From IMG/VR virus record IMGVR_UViG_3300020430_000007: a stretch of DNA of 64,000 nucleotides; one strand, written 5' to 3'. The translations under genes and the position numbers were made by a program. Under the pieces are notes generated by a model that saw nothing but the letters and a program-made list of their open reading frames with translations, made no database searches and was not told where the DNA came from. Shown one piece after another: positions 28,400-38,171 of the stretch (the first letter of the stretch is position 1; each line of letters begins with the position of its first letter). This DNA comes from a virus.

Positions 28400-29160
28400 C
28401 AGGTATTAGAGACATTGAATCTGGAAAGATTTACATTGGTGTTGAAGAACCAGCAAAATTAGATCAGGCAGTAGAAACTTTGAATGGTGACAAACCTTAT
28501 GATGGCACTTTAGTTGCTACAGGACCATCATTTTTAGGTGCACATAAAGGTGGTTTTGCGAAAGCAACTCTGAATGTAGGAACTGCACTTGGAGATTGGA
28601 GTCCTGGCGTAAGTGGTAGGGCAGTTCAAGTGGAGGGTGATGTAGAAATAATTGGTGAAAGGGCAGCGAATGCAGTATTTGTTGATGGTAACAGTCATGT
28701 CACAGGAAATATTAGCACAGGTGGTGATTTATCCGTTGGTGGATTTGCTTCTTGGTCAGGATCTATTGTTGCAACAACCAAGTTATTTGATATCTCCCAT
28801 CCAAATAAAGAGGGACATCGTTTATCTCATGCTTGTTTAGAAGGACCAGAATTAGCGATATATTATAGAGGTAGACTAAAATCTGGCACAGAAATCACAT
28901 TACCAGATTATTGGAAAAATCTGGTGTATGAAGATAGTATAACAGTGCAAATTACACCCATAGGAAAACAAGAGAACATATATGTTTCATCATTTAATAG
29001 TGAGAAAGTGGTGTTAGAATCTGATTCTGATATTGATTGCTTCTATATTATAATGGGTGAAAGAAATGATATAAATCCACTCACTGTGGAGTATGAGGGT
29101 GAGACTTATAAAGATTATCCTAAGCATAATAGTGGTCAAAATACTAAGACTGTGTTATAA
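28396..29160 (+). CDS. tail/baseplate-associated protein
   Basis: KLFDISHP...HACLEGPE..YYRG, LPDYW, ITVQITPIG, GER.D. Confidence 0.65.
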   Translation: MTGIRDIESGKIYIGVEEPAKLDQAVETLNGDKPYDGTLVATGPSFLGAHKGGFAKATLNVGTALGDWSPGVSGRAVQVEGDVEIIGERAANAVFVDGNSHVTGNISTGGDLSVGGFASWSGSIVATTKLFDISHPNKEGHRLSHACLEGPELAIYYRGRLKSGTEITLPDYWKNLVYEDSITVQITPIGKQENIYVSSFNSEKVVLESDSDIDCFYIIMGERNDINPLTVEYEGETYKDYPKHNSGQNTKTVL

Positions 29161-29179
29161 TATAAAAAACTATAAAGTT

Positions 29180-29437
29180 ATGGAAGTACGTGGCACAGTG
29201 AGTGTTGATGGTATTATTGAGTTACCTCCAACATGGTTAGGAAATGTCAAATCAGAAACTATCAATGTTCAACTTACTCCAATTGGAGTATATCAAGAAT
29301 TGTTTGTCAGCACAATACATTATGGTGCAAAAATTATTGTTCGTAATAATGCTGGCGGACCTATAAAGGCATATTATGAGGTGACTGTTGAGTCCAAAGA
29401 TCCGACTGTCGTACATGATGCAACTTGCGATGTTTGA
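29180..29437 (+). CDS. small paralogue of the preceding C-terminal module
   Basis: RG...IELPPTW...INVQLTPIG. Confidence 0.6.
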   Translation: MEVRGTVSVDGIIELPPTWLGNVKSETINVQLTPIGVYQELFVSTIHYGAKIIVRNNAGGPIKAYYEVTVESKDPTVVHDATCDV

Positions 29438-29453
29438 ACATATGTGCTATAAT
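29425..29453 (+). promoter_or_regulatory. sigma70-type promoter
   Basis: TTGCGA-17nt-TATAAT. Confidence 0.55.
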
Positions 29454-29474
29454 AGGCGTACTTTATAAAACATC

Positions 29475-29669
29475 ATGGCACATTTGGATTTAGAGGAGTT
29501 TGTAGATGAGATTCGAGTCAATCTCACCTCTAGAAAATTTGAGATTTTCGGTTCTCTTGGTAACTATCAATGTATTGATTGCAAAACAACAAATGAGTTT
29601 ATGTCAGTGTTAGAACTTGTAAGAACTGCTGATGGGATTGATGAAGAGCTAGATATAATATACGTATGA
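29475..29669 (+). CDS. hypothetical protein
   Basis: 64 aa ORF after promoter. Confidence 0.65.
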   Translation: MAHLDLEEFVDEIRVNLTSRKFEIFGSLGNYQCIDCKTTNEFMSVLELVRTADGIDEELDIIYV

Positions 29670-30007
29670 CATACATGCCTAAGTTCCCACTATCGGACAT
29701 AAAATTTCACGAAATCCCTGTTTTAGGAGGGTTTTACACTAAAAAAGAGGTGGATGCACTTATTGCTGACGCTCTTGCTAAAGCAAAAGCGATTGATGAT
29801 GCATCTATGGCAAAACATAATCGTGACGCTACAATCATAAGTATGATACTTGGTTTTACCTGTTTAGCATTATTTGTAGATGGATTACTTCGCATACTTG
29901 GTATCGTTCCACCATTTGCAGGTCTTGACGTTAATGTCATCGATCAAATTGTGGATAAAGTTGAGACAGATATATATCCATTAGTTCAAAGAATACCAAA
30001 AATATAG
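29666..30007 (+). CDS. membrane hypothetical protein
   Basis: KHNRDATIISMILGF..LFVDGLLRILGIVPPF. Confidence 0.7.
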   Translation: MTYMPKFPLSDIKFHEIPVLGGFYTKKEVDALIADALAKAKAIDDASMAKHNRDATIISMILGFTCLALFVDGLLRILGIVPPFAGLDVNVIDQIVDKVETDIYPLVQRIPKI

Positions 30008-30057
30008 CGATTGCAATCATTAGTGTTGGAGTAGAATAAGTCAGGGATTTAGTAGGG

Positions 30058-30065
30058 TATAAATA
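30058..30065 (+). promoter_or_regulatory. T4 late promoter
   Basis: TATAAATA. Confidence 0.85.
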
Positions 30066-30097
30066 GGTTGAAGGAATGGTGTCAGGATTTATAAGTA

Positions 30098-33000
30098 ATG
30101 CCACTAAGCAGACTTGAAAATTTTTTAAAAAATGTACAGGGAAATGTAATCTACGTAAACCCTGAAGAACTTGATGCAACGGATGATATCAGTAACACTG
30201 GTAATTCAAGAACTCGTCCGTTTAAAACAATTCAAAGAGCATTAATTGAGTCTGCTCGTTTTTCGTATCAATTAGGAAAAGACAACGATAAATTTGATAA
30301 GACAACTATAATAGTATCGCCAGGTGTTCATTACATTGACAATAGACCTGGTTTTCAAATTGATAATGATGGAAATATAACTGATGTAAATGGAACAACT
30401 CAAAGTATAACAGAGTTTGGCATTGGAACAAATTTTGACGTACAAAATGTTGATAATGTATTATACCACTATAATTCTATTCACGGTGGTGTAATCTTAC
30501 CAAGAGGAACATCTATTGTTGGACAAGATCTTAGAAAAACTAAAATAAGACCAAAATATATTCCCGATCCACTTAATAATGACATACCTACCTCTGCGAT
30601 ATTCAGAGTAACAGGTGCTTGTTTCTTCTTTGGTTTTAGTATTTTTGACGGGGAGGGATCTGATAGGACATTCAAAGATTTTACTGAAAATGTTTATGCA
30701 CCTAATTTTTCACATCATAAACTAACTGTATTTGAATATGCGGACGGTAACAATACAGTAGCAGGCAAAGGTAACACAGATCTTGACATGTATTACGCAA
30801 AGTTAACGCTTGCGTATGGAACAAATAGTGGAAGAGCACTGCCATCGTATCCAACAAATGATGATTTTGAGAAATTAATTGATGAGAATAGAATTGTAGG
30901 TGCTATATCTGAGTTAGGTGATGTTGAGATTGATGATATTTTTTCTGGTATAGATCCGTCATCGACAACAGCAACATCAATTGTAACGGTAAAAACAAAG
31001 ACAACACACAGACTTGCAGTAGGAACACCAATATTGATATTTGGTGTCAATAATGCAGAGTATGATGGTAGTCATGTTGTGTCTCAAGTAGTAAGTGACA
31101 CACAATTCAGTTACACTGTAGCAAACACACCAACCAGCACTGCGAATCCAAGTCTTAGTGGACTAACACCCATAGTCACAATAGAGAGTGACACAGTAAC
31201 ATCATCTTCACCTTACATATTCAACTGCTCTATTAGATCAGTTTTTGGATTGTGTGGTTTACATTGTGATGGTGATAAAGCAACTGGATTCAAGTCAATG
31301 TTGGTTGCTCAATTTACTGGAATATCATTACAAAAAGATGACAATGCTTTTGTAAAATATAACTCTACCTCAGGTGCATGGGAAGATCAAGCAACATTAG
31401 GAACCACGACGACACTTCATACTGATAGTTTAGCAAGATATAAACCAGAATTTGAGTCCTATCATGTAAAGTCATCTAACAACTCCGTAATGCAGTTGGT
31501 GTCTGTATTTGCCATAGGATATGGTCATCACTTTAAGGCAGTGGCAGGGGGGGATATGTCTATCACCAACTCTAACTCCAATTTTGGATCAAAAGCATTA
31601 GAGTCTGATGGATTTAGGAAAGAGGCATTTATAAAAGATAACAAGGCGTTTATAACAAGTATTGTACCACCCAAGAAAAATTTTGCTAATGTTGATGATA
31701 TAAACTGGCAATCTATTGATGTAGAAAAAACAGTTGGTGTGTCTACAGACACTAAACTCTTTATATTTGGCAACTCGCAGAAGGATAAAGTTCCAAATAA
31801 AACTGCAAGTGGTTTCACTATTGGTAACAAAATAAATGATAAGTTATTCTGCACTATAGAAAATACAACATTCGGTGCTGACATATTAATGCCAGGTCCT
31901 GGCACAAACACTGATCTCTATGCGTCTGGTAAGAAAGAGATTTTTGTTGGTAGTAATTCTGGTATAAACTCTATAACAAGCAACATATTTACATTAGAGG
32001 AGACACATAAGTTTTTGCCAGGTGAAAATATAAGAATATTTTCTGAGACAGGAGATTTACCTGATGGTATAGAATATAATAGAGATTATTTTGTTGTAAC
32101 TGATGGTGTAAATACAAATCAAATCAAGGTTGCTACAACTTTCAATAACGCTATAGCAGGTAGTAATCTCATAGGTATAAACAACCTTGGTGGTAAGTTA
32201 CGAATAGTTTCTACAGTTGAATCCAAAGATCCTGGCGATCCTGGTCACCCAATGCAGTATGAGGATGGAACTGGATGGTTCATCACAGTAGGTGCTGGTA
32301 ACTCTCTTAGATCTGCAATAGTAACTAATCAATCTAAAATTACACCCAGAACAGTCAATACATTTGTCCAAAGAAGTTCTGACAATAGAAAAGATTTAGA
32401 AAAAATTTATAGAGTAAGGTATGTGGTGCCTGATGATTCTACTTTAGCATCACCACCCACTAATGGTTTTTCTATTGCTGAATCTGGATCATTCCCTGAT
32501 GATGTTAGCTACAAAAATGACTCTACAGTCATATCATCTACATCTAACCTAAGAATTGATAGTTTAATTGTTGATGCTAGTTGGAGTTCTGGATCTAATG
32601 CAGGTATCATTACATCACAATTCCCACACAGATTATCTGTAGGACAGGGTGTAGAGATAAGAAGATTAAGAAGCACAAATAATACAGACGGAGTTGCAAA
32701 CAATGGATATAATGGTTTATTTGATGTCTTAGCAATAGATGACGCTAGAACTTTTAGAATTGGAATTAATACAAATCCTGGCGGAATATCAACTATAACA
32801 ACCAATGTTCCATACACTCTCCATGATCAATCAATTGTTGGATCAGGAAGAACTTTTGCTCCATTCTTCAACAAACGTGATTTTGGAACAGCATACCAAA
32901 TTTATACAAATGAAGAGATACAAGAATACAAAAGGAACATTCAGGATGGTATATATGACATAACTTTATTATCATATCTAGCAAGACCTACAATATCACC

Positions 33001-35779
33001 GTTTTCAACTGCTTCAAATCTTTTCCCACAGAATGTAAACGACTTACGACCTAAGGTAAGTGTGGACAATCCTGTCGTTGATCCCAAATCAGCAGTGTCA
33101 TTTGCAAGAAGAGATGACATAGGTATTGTTCAGACAAATGATCCTGCTAATAGTATATCAAAAGAGGGTATAGAGTCATTCTTAGATAAGAGTAATCTTG
33201 GTATCGGCATAACAGGTGCAAGTGTCTCTGGTTCCGCACTTATATTGGATGGTGCAGTTGAACATGGATTCAATGCAATCTTAACTGTAACCGATCTCAA
33301 TGGTGGATCAAATTACACTCCGTCTACATCTTGGTTCAACGTAGATTTGATTGGTGGCACAGGTAAAGGTGCCACTGCTGATGTTACCGTTAATTCAGGC
33401 GGTGTCATAACGAGTATTGATATAAACAACCACGGTTCAGGTTACAGTGTCAATGATGTTGTGACTGTTAGAGGAGTGCCTTTTGCATCTTCAGGATCTG
33501 ATGCGACTGTTAGGATAGATGCTATCAACAATAATATTGGTGACGCTATTCAAGTTATCGGTGTTGGCAGTGACTCTTATAATGGTGTCTATAGAATAAC
33601 TGGTGTGGATGAGGCACAAAGAGTTTCTTATACTGGAAGTGCAAGTGATAGTAGTAGTGGCGGATTTATATACCACGTGGGTGTGTCCACTGCCATCAAC
33701 AATATAGAATATGACATAACAAGTGGTATTGCAACTGTCACTTTACACTCAGATATAGGTTTGAGAAGAGGTGATCAGATTGTTATCAATAATGCGAACA
33801 CAGAATTCAATGGCACATTCTTTATCACAGATAGAATTGGTTATGGATCTTCAGTAAATGTCAGCATGGGTGCTCTTGGTAGCACTCCTACGTTTAGTGG
33901 TGCCACTGCTTTTGCACATGGTGCTGGCATATCAGCAAGAGGTAATAATCAAACGATTCCAATATACGGTGGAGTCACCACACCTCTTACAACAGGTCTC
34001 ACCACAACCACATCCTCCATATCACTTCAAGAGAAGAGTTTACTCCGTAGAGGAGATTACTTACAAATTGAAGATGAAATTGTAAGAATATCAAATAAAG
34101 ATTGTAATTCAATTATAAGAGGTGTACTAGGCACAAATGCAACCAATCATGATAAGAATGTTGCAGCACAAAGAATAAAAATATTACCAGTTGAGTCTAG
34201 AAGATACTCTATTTTACGTGCATCTGGACACACTTTTGAGTATGTTGGGTTCGGACCTGGCAATTATTCAACTGCAATGCCATCTGCACAGGATAGGATA
34301 TTAACTGATGAGCAACAGTTAATCGCACAATCTGTTCAAACTAGGGGTGGATTGGTTGTCTATACAGGAATGAATGACAGGGGTGAATTTTATGTTGGAC
34401 GCAATAGAACTGATGCCGTAACTGGTGAGAGTAATAGCACAATAGATGAATTTGACACTGCACCCACAGGATCTTCACTCCCTAAATCTCTTCTACTCAA
34501 TTCTCTAACAACTGATGATTTAGCAATAAATGAAAACCTTTATAGTAATGGTAATACCGATGTTGTTGATCTAAAACTAAGAGGTAATAGAGAGGGAACA
34601 CAGGGAGTCGTATTCCTAGGTGTTCAATCATCAGAACCTATACAAACACAAGCACAGGATAACATATTATTTGCCACAAATCATACGCCAGGCGGATATA
34701 TTGGGTGGGTCAGAACCTCAGGAGTGGGAACTAACAGGTGGCAACAGTTCGGACCTATCTCTACTGAAAGTGGGGTTGAGGCGTACGCTTTTGAGAAGTT
34801 AGCGGTGGGTCAATCCTCTGTCGATTCAGGTGAGGTTCTAAGTGTCACTGGTAACGCAAGTGTAGATAGCATAAAAATTGACGATCTCACATCTGGTCGT
34901 TTAGTTCTTGTTGGCACTGATGGTGAATTGCAGGACAGTTCAAGTTTTACATGGTCAGGTTCTACACTTACTGCTCATACATTGTCAGTAACAAACGATA
35001 TCACAGTTGGTGGAGCAAGTTCGGTAACAGGTAATTCTTTTGTAGGTGGATCAATTACAGCAGAGGGCAATGTAAAATCATCTGGCGTATGCACCGCTAC
35101 AGCATTTGTAGGTAATGGTGTCATACCCATAGGTGGTATCATCATGTGGTCTGGAACTGATGGTAATATACCAGCAAACTGGCAATTATGTAATGGTACA
35201 AATGGAACACCGAATCTTATTGATAGATTTATAGTTGGTCGTGGTAATGCATATGCAGCAGACACAACTGGTGGTCAGACCGATTCGACTTTAGTAACAC
35301 ACGAGCATACAGTAAGCACGTTTATTAGTGATACAGGTCACTCTCATACCAATACATTAAGTGGAGGGGTTCACACTCACTCTAATACACTTGGAGGTGG
35401 AGATCACTCACACAGTGTAACGAGTTCTGCACACGATCACGGTATGAGTCATACTCATGCCTACAGTGCATCTGACGGGAATGAAAGTGTTACTACTTCA
35501 GGTGGTGCATCTAATGTTGGTAACGATGTGCAATCAGGAACAACAGGGGGGTCGAGCACATCATCCACTGATGAAACAACTGTCAGTTCTTTTGCTAACA
35601 CAAACAATGCAGATGTTACTATCACAAACGCTTCTGCTGATGCGGGTGTAAGCATAACAAATGTTTCCAATACAACTGGAATCGGTGTTACTGCTTCAAC
35701 TGATAGTCAGGGTTCTTCTGCAACAAATAAGAACCTACCTCCATATTATGCAATTGCGTATATTATGCGTATCAGTTGA
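30098..35779 (+). CDS. large virion/tail fibre protein with C-terminal collar and HxH repeats
   Basis: 1893 aa; MPLSRLENFLKN start; PIGGIIMWSG..WQLCNGTNGTPNL..RFIVG collar; NLPPYYAIAYIMR end. Confidence 0.85.
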   Translation: MPLSRLENFLKNVQGNVIYVNPEELDATDDISNTGNSRTRPFKTIQRALIESARFSYQLGKDNDKFDKTTIIVSPGVHYIDNRPGFQIDNDGNITDVNGTTQSITEFGIGTNFDVQNVDNVLYHYNSIHGGVILPRGTSIVGQDLRKTKIRPKYIPDPLNNDIPTSAIFRVTGACFFFGFSIFDGEGSDRTFKDFTENVYAPNFSHHKLTVFEYADGNNTVAGKGNTDLDMYYAKLTLAYGTNSGRALPSYPTNDDFEKLIDENRIVGAISELGDVEIDDIFSGIDPSSTTATSIVTVKTKTTHRLAVGTPILIFGVNNAEYDGSHVVSQVVSDTQFSYTVANTPTSTANPSLSGLTPIVTIESDTVTSSSPYIFNCSIRSVFGLCGLHCDGDKATGFKSMLVAQFTGISLQKDDNAFVKYNSTSGAWEDQATLGTTTTLHTDSLARYKPEFESYHVKSSNNSVMQLVSVFAIGYGHHFKAVAGGDMSITNSNSNFGSKALESDGFRKEAFIKDNKAFITSIVPPKKNFANVDDINWQSIDVEKTVGVSTDTKLFIFGNSQKDKVPNKTASGFTIGNKINDKLFCTIENTTFGADILMPGPGTNTDLYASGKKEIFVGSNSGINSITSNIFTLEETHKFLPGENIRIFSETGDLPDGIEYNRDYFVVTDGVNTNQIKVATTFNNAIAGSNLIGINNLGGKLRIVSTVESKDPGDPGHPMQYEDGTGWFITVGAGNSLRSAIVTNQSKITPRTVNTFVQRSSDNRKDLEKIYRVRYVVPDDSTLASPPTNGFSIAESGSFPDDVSYKNDSTVISSTSNLRIDSLIVDASWSSGSNAGIITSQFPHRLSVGQGVEIRRLRSTNNTDGVANNGYNGLFDVLAIDDARTFRIGINTNPGGISTITTNVPYTLHDQSIVGSGRTFAPFFNKRDFGTAYQIYTNEEIQEYKRNIQDGIYDITLLSYLARPTISPFSTASNLFPQNVNDLRPKVSVDNPVVDPKSAVSFARRDDIGIVQTNDPANSISKEGIESFLDKSNLGIGITGASVSGSALILDGAVEHGFNAILTVTDLNGGSNYTPSTSWFNVDLIGGTGKGATADVTVNSGGVITSIDINNHGSGYSVNDVVTVRGVPFASSGSDATVRIDAINNNIGDAIQVIGVGSDSYNGVYRITGVDEAQRVSYTGSASDSSSGGFIYHVGVSTAINNIEYDITSGIATVTLHSDIGLRRGDQIVINNANTEFNGTFFITDRIGYGSSVNVSMGALGSTPTFSGATAFAHGAGISARGNNQTIPIYGGVTTPLTTGLTTTTSSISLQEKSLLRRGDYLQIEDEIVRISNKDCNSIIRGVLGTNATNHDKNVAAQRIKILPVESRRYSILRASGHTFEYVGFGPGNYSTAMPSAQDRILTDEQQLIAQSVQTRGGLVVYTGMNDRGEFYVGRNRTDAVTGESNSTIDEFDTAPTGSSLPKSLLLNSLTTDDLAINENLYSNGNTDVVDLKLRGNREGTQGVVFLGVQSSEPIQTQAQDNILFATNHTPGGYIGWVRTSGVGTNRWQQFGPISTESGVEAYAFEKLAVGQSSVDSGEVLSVTGNASVDSIKIDDLTSGRLVLVGTDGELQDSSSFTWSGSTLTAHTLSVTNDITVGGASSVTGNSFVGGSITAEGNVKSSGVCTATAFVGNGVIPIGGIIMWSGTDGNIPANWQLCNGTNGTPNLIDRFIVGRGNAYAADTTGGQTDSTLVTHEHTVSTFISDTGHSHTNTLSGGVHTHSNTLGGGDHSHSVTSSAHDHGMSHTHAYSASDGNESVTTSGGASNVGNDVQSGTTGGSSTSSTDETTVSSFANTNNADVTITNASADAGVSITNVSNTTGIGVTASTDSQGSSATNKNLPPYYAIAYIMRIS

Positions 35780-35809
35780 TAAATACACATACGACGGAGA
35801 AGTTAGTAG

Positions 35810-37831
35810 ATGTCCTCAGTAAATAAAAAGTTTGCTGTAGAAAAAGGTTTAGAGGTCGGTGATCAGGCTCTGATTGTCGATGCCGATAATAATCTCACAG
35901 GTATTGGTAAGACAGATGCCAAATTTGGTCTTGATGTCGCAACGACTGCCAATTTTGATGGTATTGTTGCAGCAGGTCAGGTAGGTATTGGCAGTACTCA
36001 ACCCCAAAGAAACTTAGATGTCATTGGTGCTGCCAGAGTTACGGGTCAACTTTATGACACAAACAATGCTGCTGGTAATAATCAAAACGTTCTAATATCT
36101 GTCGGCACAGGTATATCTTGGACAGACAACTTCCAAACTGCTGCTGATGGAACAGACTCCATACAATTTAAAAAATCAAATGCTAGGTTTGGTGGTGCAT
36201 CTAATTTTGTATTTGATCCTACAAATAAACGAGTAGGTATTGGTAGCACACTTCCAGAATACTTATTGCAAGTTGTACGTAACGGTAGTGATAGTGCAAA
36301 TGGTTTTGTTCAGATAGGTGGTACGTTCTTAGATAGCAATGCAACGATTGGTGTTGCAGCATCGATTCTTGCTGCTGATGCAAGTGGTGAGCTTATATGG
36401 GTAAGGAACACTGGTTCTCAAGTAAATAATATTTTATATGTAAGTGAAGAGGGTCATGACAGTAATGACGGATTGACTGAGGGTGCAGCAAAAAGAACTA
36501 TTGAGGGTGCTACAGCGATTGCAGTTGCAGGCAATGTGATAAGGGTATCTAGTGGTATATACACAGAAAATAATCCTGTAACAGTGCCAGCAAATGTCAC
36601 AATTGACGGGGATGAACTTAACAATACTCAGGTAGTGCCATCTAATGCAGGGGCAGACTTATTTGAGATGAACAATGGTTCAATGATACAGAACTTATCA
36701 TTTATTGGTGCTGCAAGCACTGGTTCAATGGTTTGCTTTGCCCCATCTGGAGTAGGAATAGTAACTCAATCTCCACTTATTAGAAATTGCACAAATTATG
36801 TTCCGAATAGTGTTGGGTTGAAGGTGGATGGTGATCACGCAGAGGGAGAGAAATCCATAACTGCTGATTCATATACAATGTACAATCAGGGTGGTATTGG
36901 TGTCACTGTCTCTAATGATGGTCATGCACAACTAAATTCAGTATACAGCATTTGTAATCAATCTGCTATCACTTGTGTTGCAGGAGCAACTGCAGATGTT
37001 CACAGTTCTGAGGCATCCTTTGGCACCTTTGGTCTTATTGCTTCTGGAGTGGGAACTGTTCATCAATCAGGCATTCTCACTGCTACCGTAACAACTAACA
37101 ACAATATTGTCAATGTTGCTAACTTAACTCAGAGACCTTTTGCTGGTCAGGTATTATATTTGGGCGAATTATTTAATGAAGTAACAAGTATTTCTATAAC
37201 TTCTGCTGGATCAGGGTATACTGCGACGAATCCACCAACTGTAACTTTTGGTGATCCGTCAGGAACAAATGGTATAACTGCTGAAGGTAGTGCTGTTATA
37301 AGCGGGTTTGGTTCTATTACCTCGATAAAAATTACGGGTAAAGGATCACAATATCGGTCTGCACCAGCTGTGACTATTTCAGCTCCTTCGTCGGGAGTCA
37401 CAGCTACTGCAACCGCTTCATTATCTCCTACCTATCATACTATAAATAGTGCGACCCCCGTCGTATCTGGTATTTCTACAATTACTTTAGATAAGTCTGT
37501 GCCTGCAACGGTGGGAGTAGGATCAACAGTTCCATTTGCTAAACAATCATTTATCAACGCTTCATCATATATTTTTGAGCATGTTGGTTCAGGTTTAGCG
37601 ATTGACTCTGCCCGACCTATAAAAGGAGGTGTCTCTGTTCCTGAAAACCAAACTAAATCAGAATTAGGAGGTAAAATTATTTACTCATCGACTGATGAGA
37701 AAGGTAATTTAAAATTAGGAGACAATTTTGTTATCAACCAACAAACAGGAAAAATTACTGGTGACACTTTTGACAAGAATGTACAGTCAACACTTACACC
37801 ACTACTAATAGCATTAGGAGGAAATTTATAA
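35810..37831 (+). CDS. virion structural protein (beta-helix, fibre-like)
   Basis: 673 aa; VGIGST motifs, YVSEEGHDSNDG..AKRTI, FEHVGSG. Confidence 0.7.
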   Translation: MSSVNKKFAVEKGLEVGDQALIVDADNNLTGIGKTDAKFGLDVATTANFDGIVAAGQVGIGSTQPQRNLDVIGAARVTGQLYDTNNAAGNNQNVLISVGTGISWTDNFQTAADGTDSIQFKKSNARFGGASNFVFDPTNKRVGIGSTLPEYLLQVVRNGSDSANGFVQIGGTFLDSNATIGVAASILAADASGELIWVRNTGSQVNNILYVSEEGHDSNDGLTEGAAKRTIEGATAIAVAGNVIRVSSGIYTENNPVTVPANVTIDGDELNNTQVVPSNAGADLFEMNNGSMIQNLSFIGAASTGSMVCFAPSGVGIVTQSPLIRNCTNYVPNSVGLKVDGDHAEGEKSITADSYTMYNQGGIGVTVSNDGHAQLNSVYSICNQSAITCVAGATADVHSSEASFGTFGLIASGVGTVHQSGILTATVTTNNNIVNVANLTQRPFAGQVLYLGELFNEVTSISITSAGSGYTATNPPTVTFGDPSGTNGITAEGSAVISGFGSITSIKITGKGSQYRSAPAVTISAPSSGVTATATASLSPTYHTINSATPVVSGISTITLDKSVPATVGVGSTVPFAKQSFINASSYIFEHVGSGLAIDSARPIKGGVSVPENQTKSELGGKIIYSSTDEKGNLKLGDNFVINQQTGKITGDTFDKNVQSTLTPLLIALGGNL

Positions 37832-37832
37832 A

Positions 37833-38171
37833 ATGACAGCAACTCCAACAAATCAATTCAAGACTGTCACACACACTGTAACCACCAGTGCGGTTGGAAT
37901 CTATACATGTCCTGCGGGAATTTCTGCATTGGTCATTTATGGTAATGTAGCAAATGTCGGCACATCATCCTCAGTAACTGCTTTTACTGCAACTCTAAGT
38001 AGAGATTCAGTTGACACTCCCATAGTTCAACTAGCAAGGATTCCACACCAAGACTCAATGACATTTATTGAGGGTAGACTAGCACTTGAATCTGGCGATA
38101 TCCTAAAAATTCAGGGTGATTTTGATAATACACAGAAATGCATAGTTAGTATACTGGAGAACGCTAAGTAA
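37833..38171 (+). CDS. small virion protein
   Basis: IYTCP...LALESGDIL...SILE. Confidence 0.65.
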   Translation: MTATPTNQFKTVTHTVTTSAVGIYTCPAGISALVIYGNVANVGTSSSVTAFTATLSRDSVDTPIVQLARIPHQDSMTFIEGRLALESGDILKIQGDFDNTQKCIVSILENAK

